Shown here one piece after another: positions 1 through 7,095 of a stretch of 19,137 nucleotides of DNA (positions are counted from its first letter, which is position 1; every line of letters starts with the position of its first letter). The stretch spans positions 1 to 19,137 of the IMG/VR virus record IMGVR_UViG_2690316028_000003. One strand, 5' to 3'. This DNA comes from a virus. Lineage: Duplodnaviria; Heunggongvirae; Uroviricota; Caudoviricetes. Both the position numbers and the translations under genes were made by a program. The notes under the pieces are model-generated. The model was not told where the DNA came from and did no database searches. It saw only the letters and a program-made list of their open reading frames with translations.

Positions 1-200
1 ACGACTCCGTTACGCTTGTTGATTAATCTGTGCGCCCACGCCACAGGCTCCGCTTCGAGCGATGCCAGCGCGATACGCGCATTATTAATCAGGAGGCTAT
101 CAGCAGGAGATAAAACAACATGAGCGTTACCCTCCGCATCAATTTCAGAATTCGTAATTTTTCTGAACAGCTTTGCCAGTTCTCTGGTAATAGTGGTCAT
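1..200 (-). CDS. hypothetical protein (partial; 3' end lies beyond window start)
   Basis: ATG at 200..198 on minus strand with GAGGA Shine-Dalgarno about 7 nt upstream; frame stays open to the window edge (MTTITRELAKLFRKITNSEIDAEGNAHVVLSPADSLL...); starts 3 nt after stop of upstream gene 204..485. Confidence 0.4.
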   Translation of the reverse strand, partial: MTTITRELAKLFRKITNSEIDAEGNAHVVLSPADSLLINNARIALASLEAEPVAWAHRLINKRNGV

Positions 201-203
201 GGG

Positions 204-485
204 TTAGTCCTCACCCTGGATAGAATTCTTACGGTTTGAACGACACACCAGCGCCCAAAAATTCATTTCGCAAATCAGTGCCGCCAACACCTCAGCCCGG
301 CGACGGCCTCCTAATTTATTGGACCTCCCAACAGAGCGTTTACGCTGACGAATTATCTTTCTTGCGTGGGCCGCCTGCACTTCATCACGCCGCTGTTTTG
401 ATGCATAAACGCCCTTTGCGGGCACTTTGCGCGCCTGTTTTTGATAAGCAGTTAACAGGTCGTGTACGTCTGTAAATTTAGGCAT
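204..485 (-). CDS. hypothetical basic protein (93 aa)
   Basis: ORF track; ATG at 485..483 lies 2 nt after stop of 488..871, fitting the tightly packed operon; no recognised domain; C-terminal half is Arg-rich and could be spurious. Confidence 0.4.
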   Translation of the reverse strand: MPKFTDVHDLLTAYQKQARKVPAKGVYASKQRRDEVQAAHARKIIRQRKRSVGRSNKLGGRRRAEVLAALICEMNFWALVCRSNRKNSIQGED

Positions 486-487
486 TC

Positions 488-871
488 TTATTCCCCCTTA
501 CCGATGCCAGCGGCGCTAAGTTTGGTATTCACGTCGCCTTCAAAAATAGGCAGCACACCAATAGCAGCAGCCCAGTTTTTAGCTAACTCAGGGTCTGATG
601 TCTCATCGGTGTAATCTGATGCCCGCCACCCAATCAGTCGTTTCTGACCAGGAATGTCAGAGTTTCGCTTCTCCGTTGCTTGCTCTAGAGCATTAAGCAG
701 TGTCCGTATTTCCTGCTGCTGAGTAGAGATGGTTGAGTCTTTGGCATCCAGCTCATCCAGCAGCGCCAGCACATCGCGAGTTTCCACGAACATATTCGGG
801 TCGAAGTTATCAGCTGCTTTTGCTGCGGCTGATTTCAGTTTGTCGCGAGCCTGTTTGTTGATGTTGCTCAT
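488..871 (-). CDS. hypothetical protein (127 aa)
   Basis: ORF track; start overlaps stop of upstream gene (868..1140) by ATGA-type overlap; no recognised domain. Confidence 0.55.
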   Translation of the reverse strand: MSNINKQARDKLKSAAAKAADNFDPNMFVETRDVLALLDELDAKDSTISTQQQEIRTLLNALEQATEKRNSDIPGQKRLIGWRASDYTDETSDPELAKNWAAAIGVLPIFEGDVNTKLSAAGIGKGE

Positions 872-1140
872 TGGGCGGTTCCTTCGTAACCGATGGCTTC
901 TGCAATTTCAGCAAGTGTCTCTGCACTTTCACCCACTGGCTCATTCATCCAGTCGAAGGAAACAAGCTTACCGCCTTCGATAACGCCGATGTTGAAATCA
1001 TCACTACCTTGTGTTTTCAGACCATGCTTGATTGCCTTATCGCGCTTATCGAAGTCAACGCCGTCTGTCGTGTATTCAACTCCATGGCCTTTCTCGTTGC
1101 ACCACCAGTACTGCTGAATAACGATGTATGATTTTCTCAT
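868..1140 (-). CDS. hypothetical protein (90 aa)
   Basis: ORF track; 4-nt overlaps with both neighbours; no recognised domain. Confidence 0.55.
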   Translation of the reverse strand: MRKSYIVIQQYWWCNEKGHGVEYTTDGVDFDKRDKAIKHGLKTQGSDDFNIGVIEGGKLVSFDWMNEPVGESAETLAEIAEAIGYEGTAQ

Positions 1141-1583
1141 GACTGCACTCCTTTGCGAATTTGGTAGGCATGGACGCGCATTATGTCGATTGCCTTCGAT
1201 GTGACAGGATGCTGATGGTTCATCATCGCAATGACTGTGTTAATCGCTGAATCCACACCCTGCGCCCGCACTTCAGCCAGGAAAGCGTCGGTGGCTGGGG
1301 TTTCTAACTTCTTGGTGGTTGTATCAAACTCAAACAACTTAACCACGTCATCAAACAGGACATAATCGCCATCAGGATCTTCAGTCATGTCAGCGCCACA
1401 ATCCTGACCGAACGAGTCGCAACCATCAATATCAAGCTCGTATCGCTTAAGGTTTGCGATATTTGATAAATTCAACGCCAGTACAGCAAGGTCATAAACC
1501 TCGTCAACGGTATACCCTGCACCATGCCCATACATTTCAATGCGCGATATGATTTCTTCTACTCGTTGTTTTGTGATTGTCAT
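1137..1583 (-). CDS. hypothetical acidic protein (148 aa)
   Basis: ORF track; start ATG overlaps stop of the HNH gene 1580..2284; no recognised domain. Confidence 0.6.
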   Translation of the reverse strand: MTITKQRVEEIISRIEMYGHGAGYTVDEVYDLAVLALNLSNIANLKRYELDIDGCDSFGQDCGADMTEDPDGDYVLFDDVVKLFEFDTTTKKLETPATDAFLAEVRAQGVDSAINTVIAMMNHQHPVTSKAIDIMRVHAYQIRKGVQS

Positions 1584-2284
1584 TTTTGATCACATCCTTT
1601 GCGAAGCTGGGCATCGGTATTGATGCGACTAAAATAGAATCCGAATACTTTCTTCCATGGCTTAACAACAGCGTCCCTGATTGAGTTTGGGTTAAATCCA
1701 GCCTCGATGGCCTGTTTGCTGTCAAAGAACACATACCCAAAACCTTCCTCGTTCTCAGCGCAGACTGGACCTTTATACGATCCGTGTTTTCTTCCCCCGG
1801 CCAGACCTGTTCTATATGCGTGCTGAGTGTTGCCCGCTACCGTCGTCCACTCCAGGTTTGAAACATCATTGTTTTGTTTATTCCCGTCTATATGGTTAAT
1901 TACGTGCTCATCAGAAGGCTTAGGGCCGAGAAAGTTTTCAGCAACTAATCGGTGGATGTTCACGCCTTTTAGTTTTCCTTCAAGCTCCAGCCTAACGAAT
2001 AAATACTGATTTCTGTTCTTGCCGCGCATGGTTGGGTTTAATTGCTTTAGTTCGCCAGAGGCCAATGAGAAAATGAGCCCCTTTGAGGTGATGAAATAGC
2101 GATACTTAAAACCAAAAATCTCTTTCACATCGCCAAATAAGTCAGCCAGCGCCGCGCACTTGGCCTCCGCTTCAGCAAATTTACGCACCAGATATTCAGC
2201 GTTTGTTTCGTTAACCTTTAAGTCTCGCGGGATGCATTTTCCTTTCAGAAATCCATCCATCTCAATTAGTGACATTTGTTTCAT
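1580..2284 (-). CDS. HNH homing endonuclease (NUMOD4-like N-terminus plus HNH_3 domain)
   Basis: Translation contains [24 protein letters not shown] (NUMOD4-like) and [11 protein letters not shown]...[19 protein letters not shown] (HNH_3 motif H..N..DN....NLE); embedded by ATGA overlaps between neighbours. Confidence 0.75.
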   Translation of the reverse strand: MKQMSLIEMDGFLKGKCIPRDLKVNETNAEYLVRKFAEAEAKCAALADLFGDVKEIFGFKYRYFITSKGLIFSLASGELKQLNPTMRGKNRNQYLFVRLELEGKLKGVNIHRLVAENFLGPKPSDEHVINHIDGNKQNNDVSNLEWTTVAGNTQHAYRTGLAGGRKHGSYKGPVCAENEEGFGYVFFDSKQAIEAGFNPNSIRDAVVKPWKKVFGFYFSRINTDAQLRKGCDQK

Positions 2285-2445
2285 TTCTTCCCACTCCGCA
2301 ACATCGCATTCAGATATTTGTTTTGATTCACTGATGGAAAAGAATTTCTCTTAAGCAATTCCTCTCTCGATGGCATTGGCTTTACGCGTTGGCGAATAAT
2401 CATTTCTGCCGGAAGAATGCCGGGATTGTATGCAAGTCCTCTCAT
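2281..2445 (-). CDS. small hypothetical protein (54 aa)
   Basis: Manual translation ([54 protein letters not shown]); GAGGAA SD 6 nt upstream of ATG at 2445; stop overlaps ATG of HNH gene (ATGA); below ORF-track size cutoff. Confidence 0.3.
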   Translation of the reverse strand: MRGLAYNPGILPAEMIIRQRVKPMPSREELLKRNSFPSVNQNKYLNAMLRSGKK

Positions 2446-2461
2446 GGTAAATTCCTCTTTG

Positions 2462-2776
2462 TTAATTTATTCGTATGCCTGCTCTTTCTTCATCGAGTTT
2501 TTTTAGCTTGTATCGCATAGCTCTTACTGAATAAATTGAGCGGCAGGTTGCAATTGCTATTTCTTCTGCGGAGAACTTACCGAAAAGTGATACTTCGGCT
2601 CTTGTCCATCGTCTTCCACGAAGTCGGCTAACAATGTCAGCTCCAATCCTTGTTGCTTTCGCCATTACTGCTTTTTCAGTCCTTTCCAGTTTTTCAGCGA
2701 TAACTTCAACTGGCATTGTCGCCGCTACTTCGCGCAAGAAATCGACTTCCCATTTCTCCCATGGAGTCTTTTTCAT
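2462..2776 (-). CDS. hypothetical protein with two tandem W-x3-EV-x-(F/L) helical repeats, possible DNA-binding
   Basis: ORF track; internal duplication visible ([14 protein letters not shown]...IAEKL... vs [22 protein letters not shown]...); no strong SD. Confidence 0.55.
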   Translation of the reverse strand: MKKTPWEKWEVDFLREVAATMPVEVIAEKLERTEKAVMAKATRIGADIVSRLRGRRWTRAEVSLFGKFSAEEIAIATCRSIYSVRAMRYKLKKLDEERAGIRIN

Positions 2777-2787
2777 AGGCGATACCG

Positions 2788-3270
2788 TTATTTGATAAGA
2801 AGTGAAGGTTTCCCAACTTTGAGTTGAGCGCCGGGGATATTTATTCCTGCTTTTAGTTGGTGTTTGATTGCCAGTTTGTCGGCTTTAATTGTCGTTTCAA
2901 ACTCAACGTATTCAGGAGGAAGGGCGCTTGAGTCGATTATTTCTACAATTTCTGACGGTTTGCGGATTGTTACCTGGTGAATACCTGCTCGAATATTTTT
3001 CTTGCCAACCATTTCAAGCGATGACGCTATATATGATTTGATGCTGTCAATCTTATTTTGGATTACTGCGGCTCGCTCATTCAGTGACTTTGCCTCTTCC
3101 TTGAGGCGTTCAGCATAACCAGATTCATTTTTAATGACGGAAAGAAGTTGCTCTATTTTATCGGTAAATTCTCCTTCCATGCCTTCTATTGTGTCAGCAA
3201 TCATCTCTGGTTCTAAATCTGAATCCATCAATTTTGCGTATTCATTGGCAATTTCATACAGTTTGCTCAC
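2788..3270 (-). CDS. Siphovirus Gp157-family protein (RecT-associated, function unknown)
   Basis: ORF track frame 2788..3276; family assigned from recalled similarity and position immediately downstream of recT; likely start is GTG at 3270 preceded by GGAGG 6 nt upstream (track start at 3276 is TTG). Confidence 0.55.
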   Translation of the reverse strand: MSKLYEIANEYAKLMDSDLEPEMIADTIEGMEGEFTDKIEQLLSVIKNESGYAERLKEEAKSLNERAAVIQNKIDSIKSYIASSLEMVGKKNIRAGIHQVTIRKPSEIVEIIDSSALPPEYVEFETTIKADKLAIKHQLKAGINIPGAQLKVGKPSLLIK

Positions 3271-4168
3271 TGGCAACCTCCAGTTTCGCTTTGCATTCTA
3301 TGTAAATGGCTTGTACGTTCTGCTGCAATTTCATTCCAGACGTCAGGCGATATGCTTCTGCAAAATATCGCTTCAAATCATCCATGTTTTCTGCCTGAGC
3401 CATTTCATCGCAAAGAAGTTGTACTTTATCCATTATTTCCTGCTGGCGTTTCCGTTCATCTTCGCGGATATCTTCCTCTGATTTGTGCGGCATAACTGGT
3501 TCAGTCCACACACCTTCTTCTTCGTTTAGTACGTGAATAGCACTATCAAGACGTGATGCCTTAGGCCAATACTTGCTTGCACGCTTTACGACCGTCTTTC
3601 GCGCCATCTCATTCCAGTGATTTACCCATGGTCCTTTATCGCTGAATGCCGCCTTGCTTGTTTTCCTTACAGCCTCAATTTCAGCCAGACTCATCTCTTC
3701 CGTTAGATAATCACCTGCTGGCGTCTTAACTGTGCAGTAAACGCCAACGATATCACCACGATCACCGAAGGCGTTGTATTTATGGGTTGGTGCTTTATCA
3801 AGCCCGTTTGACTCATAGGTATCGTTAGCATGAACAAGTTTTGCCTGACCCCATGAGATAACACCAGACTCCATTGCAATATGGAGCAATCCCATATAGC
3901 TGATATCAAGGCAAACCATGCCGTCGCGCGGAACCAGATAAGCCAGTTTGCTGGCCGGGTTTAAGGTGATGCCGATCGCCGCAACGTTGATGATAGCGTT
4001 CTGTGCGCTGGTCGGATTTGCCAGTGCTGTTTTAGCCAGGTAATCATTTTTCTGGAAATACTGAATTGCAAACTGGCTTTCCTTAGCCCATGTGACTGAT
4101 TGGTCTGTAACCGCCCCAACAAAGAGCGGCTCTTGCTGTTTAACGAACTCAACAATGCTCATGCTCAT
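3254..4168 (-). CDS. recT: RecT-family single-strand annealing recombinase
   Basis: 304 aa; segment ...KGPWVNHWNEMARKTVVKRASKYWP matches the conserved RecT core (GPWV.HW.EMA.KT...R..KY.P) as I recall it from E. coli Rac RecT; sits in the bet position downstream of gam. Confidence 0.85.
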   Translation of the reverse strand: MSMSIVEFVKQQEPLFVGAVTDQSVTWAKESQFAIQYFQKNDYLAKTALANPTSAQNAIINVAAIGITLNPASKLAYLVPRDGMVCLDISYMGLLHIAMESGVISWGQAKLVHANDTYESNGLDKAPTHKYNAFGDRGDIVGVYCTVKTPAGDYLTEEMSLAEIEAVRKTSKAAFSDKGPWVNHWNEMARKTVVKRASKYWPKASRLDSAIHVLNEEEGVWTEPVMPHKSEEDIREDERKRQQEIMDKVQLLCDEMAQAENMDDLKRYFAEAYRLTSGMKLQQNVQAIYIECKAKLEVASEQTV

Positions 4169-4170
4169 CG

Positions 4171-4467
4171 TTACTGTCCCTCATCAATATCTGTTTGGTG
4201 GCGAGCAATTGTCTCTGCCATGTAGCGAATAAATTCAGCGGCCCTTTCCTGAAACTCGACGTCATCATCGAATGCTTTGGAAATGGCATTCTTGCTGGCC
4301 CCGCGACGTTGCAACTCGTCAACGCACAACGATTCCAGTTTGCTCTGTGGCAATCCTTTTTCTAGGTCATCAGCCAGTTCAGATTCACGCTCTTCTCTGG
4401 CTATTTGCTGATAATGGCGCGTCCAGTTCTGCGCCTCGATACGGTCTTGAACGAGATATGCAGCCAT
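4171..4467 (-). CDS. gam: host-nuclease (RecBCD) inhibitor Gam, short form
   Basis: From ATG 4467 (AGGAG SD 6 nt upstream): [41 protein letters not shown]...[34 protein letters not shown], near-identical to lambda GamS; ORF track offers an upstream ATG at 4596 (GamL-like extension) that overlaps the preceding gene by 50 nt. Confidence 0.8.
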   Translation of the reverse strand: MAAYLVQDRIEAQNWTRHYQQIAREERESELADDLEKGLPQSKLESLCVDELQRRGASKNAISKAFDDDVEFQERAAEFIRYMAETIARHQTDIDEGQ

Positions 4468-4546
4468 AATAGGCTCCTGAAATTTGGTTGTGCGCTGCCC
4501 GTCTGCGATAGCCGGACGAGTAGGGGTAATGGGTGTTTGGTGTGGT

Positions 4547-4789
4547 TTACTTGCCGAGTGCCTTGTCGATGGCGGAACGAGCCATATCAAACTCATCTGT
4601 TTGACGGTCTGCTACTCTAACTACAGCCTGCAGAGCTTCCAGTAATTCAGGCACTGCAGTAATGAGAGTCTTGTTTTCCTTGCTCGTCATTTCAAGTGGA
4701 TATCCCTTTCCAAAGACTATGTGATGCTTGTTTCCCAAGCCCTCTTCATCCCAAAACCACGGACCGGGAGTTCCTTTAAATTCGCTCAT
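4547..4789 (-). CDS. small protein, Ead/Ea22-like C-terminal-domain family (paralog of 6341..6619)
   Basis: ORF track; motifs [28 protein letters not shown] shared with the 6341..6619 product; AGGAAG SD; family name is from recall. Confidence 0.55.
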   Translation of the reverse strand: MSEFKGTPGPWFWDEEGLGNKHHIVFGKGYPLEMTSKENKTLITAVPELLEALQAVVRVADRQTDEFDMARSAIDKALGK

Positions 4790-4792
4790 AAC

Positions 4793-4912
4793 TCACTTCC
4801 TGTGCCACGGAAAACCAATTGCCGCCTTCATATCGTTGTAGGCTGACATCCACATTTCACTATCACCAATAAATCGGGCTATTACTGCTTTGTTCTGTGC
4901 AGCACGAAGCAT
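4793..4912 (-). CDS. possible Kil-like small protein (39 aa)
   Basis: Manual translation MLRAAQNKAVIARFIGDSEMWMSAYNDMKAAIGFPWHRK; sits between cIII and the next gene as kil does in lambda; FIGD motif resembles what I recall of lambda Kil; no clear SD. Confidence 0.25.
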   Translation of the reverse strand: MLRAAQNKAVIARFIGDSEMWMSAYNDMKAAIGFPWHRK

Positions 4913-4926
4913 CTGGTGATTGATGG

Positions 4927-5058
4927 CTATTTCATTGCGCGTAATAAGACCTCAACTCTTTTCCATCCGTCACGTAATTTACGGGTGATTCGTTCAAGTA
5001 AAGATTCATTTAGTTGGAAGGCACCCATGCGAGCGCCTCCCGCGATTGCGTAAATCAT
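4927..5058 (-). CDS. cIII: CIII-like FtsH inhibitor (43 aa)
   Basis: Manual translation MIYAIAGGARMGAFQLNESLLERITRKLRDGWKRVEVLLRAMK; core ESLLERITRKLRDGWKR matches lambda CIII; AAGGAA SD 6 nt upstream; below ORF-track size cutoff. Confidence 0.7.
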   Translation of the reverse strand: MIYAIAGGARMGAFQLNESLLERITRKLRDGWKRVEVLLRAMK

Positions 5059-5082
5059 GGGTGGTTCCTTATGTTGGTTTTA

Positions 5083-6051
5083 TTAGTAGGTTATTTTTGT
5101 TGCGAATACTTCGCCTTTTACGATGGCTGTTATGATATTTTTAGCAACATCTTCTGATGCGCCAACCTTGATAAGGTCAGCAAGTATTTTGTTATTTACT
5201 TCTTTCCGGTGAGCTTTATCCTTTGCTCTACGCTCTTCTTCTTCCTTGATTCTTTTTTCTTCTGCTATTCTGGCTTGCTCTTTTGCTTCAGCCTCGCGCC
5301 TGATTCGTTCAGCCTCCTCCTGTGCTTTTCGGCGTTCTGCTTCAATTGCCGCCTGCTTTTCTCTTTCAGCTCGTTCTGCTGCCTCTTTTGCTTCGCGCTG
5401 TGCTCGTTGCTCGGCTTCAATGCGTTCACGCTCTGCACGTTCCGCTGCGGCCTTAGCTTCTGCTTCTCGCCTTGCTGCTGCTTCAATTTCGGCTTTTGCC
5501 TTTGCTTCGGCTTCTGCTCTGGCTTTCTCTTCAGCTTCTCTTTTTAAGCGTTCTTCATGCTCTCGCTTTTCCTGCTCCGCTTTGAGTCTTGCCTCTTCTC
5601 TTTGGCGGTCAAATTCGCGATCCATCAAAAACGCTATTTCATGGTCAGACTCAATTTGCTTTGCGAGAGCTTCAGCTGCTGCCTTAGCTTCTTCTTCGGC
5701 TTTAATCCGCGCCTGTTCTTCCTCATAATCAGTAAGAGGCTGGCGCGCCTTGGCTTTCAGTTCATCAAGGCGATCGCGCACTGTCTTGCGGTTAGCATCA
5801 ATTAGCTTTGGAATTTCCTTCAGTTCAGCAACAAGGTCTTTGCCAAGACCATCGAGATATGTTTTCGTCTGCGCAACTTTATACGCCAGAGAAGCGATCT
5901 CCTTTCTGCCCTTTGCCGTTGTGATATCAGGCACAAAGGACATAACTTCACGTTCAACCTTTTGAAGGATTTCTTCAATCTGGTCGGCAGACTGAAATAC
6001 AGTCATTGCATTTGCTTTTTCAATAACAACTAAATCTGTTACTTCACTCAT
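5083..6051 (-). CDS. hypothetical protein with about 170-aa E/A/R/K-rich charged helical (SAH/coiled-coil-like) central segment
   Basis: ORF track 322 aa; GGAGGA SD upstream of ATG 6051; central region is REAEEKARAEAEAKAKAEIEAAARREAEAK...; globular N- and C-terminal ends. Confidence 0.65.
   Translation of the reverse strand: MSEVTDLVVIEKANAMTVFQSADQIEEILQKVEREVMSFVPDITTAKGRKEIASLAYKVAQTKTYLDGLGKDLVAELKEIPKLIDANRKTVRDRLDELKAKARQPLTDYEEEQARIKAEEEAKAAAEALAKQIESDHEIAFLMDREFDRQREEARLKAEQEKREHEERLKREAEEKARAEAEAKAKAEIEAAARREAEAKAAAERAERERIEAEQRAQREAKEAAERAEREKQAAIEAERRKAQEEAERIRREAEAKEQARIAEEKRIKEEEERRAKDKAHRKEVNNKILADLIKVGASEDVAKNIITAIVKGEVFATKITY
5230..5700. repeat. low-complexity imperfect short repeats (gcttc/ctgc-rich) encoding the E/A/R/K segment
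   Basis: Visible short-period repetition on the plus strand; produces spurious Cys/Phe/Ser-rich plus-strand ORFs (5209..5547, 5246..5728). Confidence 0.5.
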
Positions 6052-6063
6052 ATATCCTCCATC

Positions 6064-6091
6064 AAAAAATTGCCCTCACACTGGAGGGCAA
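6064..6091 (-). terminator. intrinsic terminator inside the pL operon (tL-like)
   Basis: 8-bp stem ttgccctc/gagggcaa (6070..6077 with 6084..6091), 6-nt loop; on the minus strand it is followed by UUUUUU (plus a-run 6064..6069). Confidence 0.5.
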
Positions 6092-6182
6092 AGAAGATTT
6101 CCAATAATCAGAACAAGTCGGCTCCTGTTTAGTTACGAGCGACATTGCTCACATAGCAGACTCGCAAATCTGCTATAGGTGC

Positions 6183-6344
6183 TTATTCGCATCGCATGAC
6201 AACATCAAATTTTTCGAGATTACTTTGTCGCAACAATCCCTCTTCTACGCGGTCAGCTTTTCTATAATTATCAAATTCGAAATGTTTAATTACTTCTTTC
6301 GTTTCTCGCTCTATAACTTCAACAATGTATTTCTTATTCATCAT
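6183..6344 (-). CDS. small hypothetical protein (53 aa)
   Basis: MMNKKYIVEVIERETKEVIKHFEFDNYRKADRVEEGLLRQSNLEKFDVVMRCE; ATG at 6344 overlaps TGA stop of upstream gene (ATGA coupling); track's longer version starts inside the upstream gene. Confidence 0.45.
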   Translation of the reverse strand: MMNKKYIVEVIERETKEVIKHFEFDNYRKADRVEEGLLRQSNLEKFDVVMRCE

Positions 6345-6619
6345 TCTTCCCCCAGGGCCTTGCTGATGGCTGCCTTGGCTCGTTTGTATTCGGTTAACTC
6401 TCTGCACCCTTCGTCATGCTCGTAAAGGAAGACAAGCTCTTGCAGTGCTTCAAGCAAATCAGGAGCTGCTGCTATCAGTAGCGCATCCTCCCTTTCATTT
6501 CTTGTTGCTGCTTCAATGTATGTGTCACCAATCGTCACACCATGGAACGTAGTCATCATCTCGTTGACGTTTCTAACCGTGTACTTCCATTTACCAGGCG
6601 TACCCTTAAACTCTTTCAT
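6341..6619 (-). CDS. small protein, Ead/Ea22-like C-terminal-domain family (paralog of 4547..4789)
   Basis: From ATG 6619 (GAGG 5 nt upstream): MKEFKGTPGKWKYTVRN...LLIAAAPDLLEALQELV...AKAAISKALGEE; track start at 6625 is GTG. Confidence 0.55.
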   Translation of the reverse strand: MKEFKGTPGKWKYTVRNVNEMMTTFHGVTIGDTYIEAATRNEREDALLIAAAPDLLEALQELVFLYEHDEGCRELTEYKRAKAAISKALGEE

Positions 6620-6649
6620 ATCCACCTCTGTTGTTTATGCCAAAGCAAA

Positions 6650-6817
6650 TTTAACCATCAACAAACTCTTCTGGTAATTTATCAACCAGTTGATGACTTA
6701 TTATCAGCCATTTGCCATCCTTCGTTTCGTATGCATATTTCTGGTCTTTTATCATCATGTGTTCGGCTACTGCCCTAACTGCCTGATCGGTGACATCTTC
6801 TCTCTTTCCTACCCACA
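6650..6817 (-). CDS. small hypothetical ORF (55 aa), in frame with and directly after a 24-codon ORF (6818..6892)
   Basis: Manual translation MWVGKREDVTDQAVRAVAEHMMIKDQKYAYETKDGKWLIISHQLVDKLPEEFVDG; no SD of its own; upstream mini-ORF has strong GAGGA SD and ends with TGA immediately before this ATG. Confidence 0.25.
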
Positions 6818-6949
6818 TTCATTTTTCAGTGTTTAATGTTCCTTGAAAAATACGACCGCTTAATGGGCTTGCGCCCATAGTTTTTACTCTCATGTATCAG
6901 TCCTCAAATAAGTGGTTTGCTGCGAAAATAAATCCGCTTAAGTTACCTG

Positions 6950-7087
6950 TTATTTATCCCACCAAGTTCCGTATCTATCTATCCAGTTACACCAATCATC
7001 GACACTCCATTTTGTTGTGTCGCATTTTGGCAACTGGCATGAATATCTACCTTCTTTGTAAAGTCGGCGTTTGACTTTCTTGAGCAT
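6950..7087 (-). CDS. small Cys/Trp-rich hypothetical protein (45 aa)
   Basis: Manual translation MLKKVKRRLYKEGRYSCQLPKCDTTKWSVDDWCNWIDRYGTWWDK; ATG 8 nt after N stop with GAGG about 6 nt upstream. Confidence 0.3.
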   Translation of the reverse strand: MLKKVKRRLYKEGRYSCQLPKCDTTKWSVDDWCNWIDRYGTWWDK

Positions 7088-7095
7088 GGCTCACC

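Noticed and set aside
236-475. Plus-strand ORF 236..475 (79 aa)
   Set aside because: Lies in a region where all supported genes are on the minus strand with coupled starts and stops; no SD; treated as an antisense artefact of 204..485
4468-4596. Upstream extension of gam (GamL-like start at 4596)
   Set aside because: The extension has no resemblance to the lambda GamL N-terminus as I recall it, overlaps the preceding gene by 50 nt, and the internal ATG at 4467 has a strong AGGAG SD; kept only as an alternative start
5209-5965. Plus-strand ORFs 5209..5547, 5246..5728, 5557..5805 and 5750..5965 encoding Cys/Phe/Ser/Ala-rich peptides
   Set aside because: They are antisense read-throughs of the low-complexity repeat DNA that encodes the E/A/R/K segment of the minus-strand gene 5083..6051; no SD and implausible compositions
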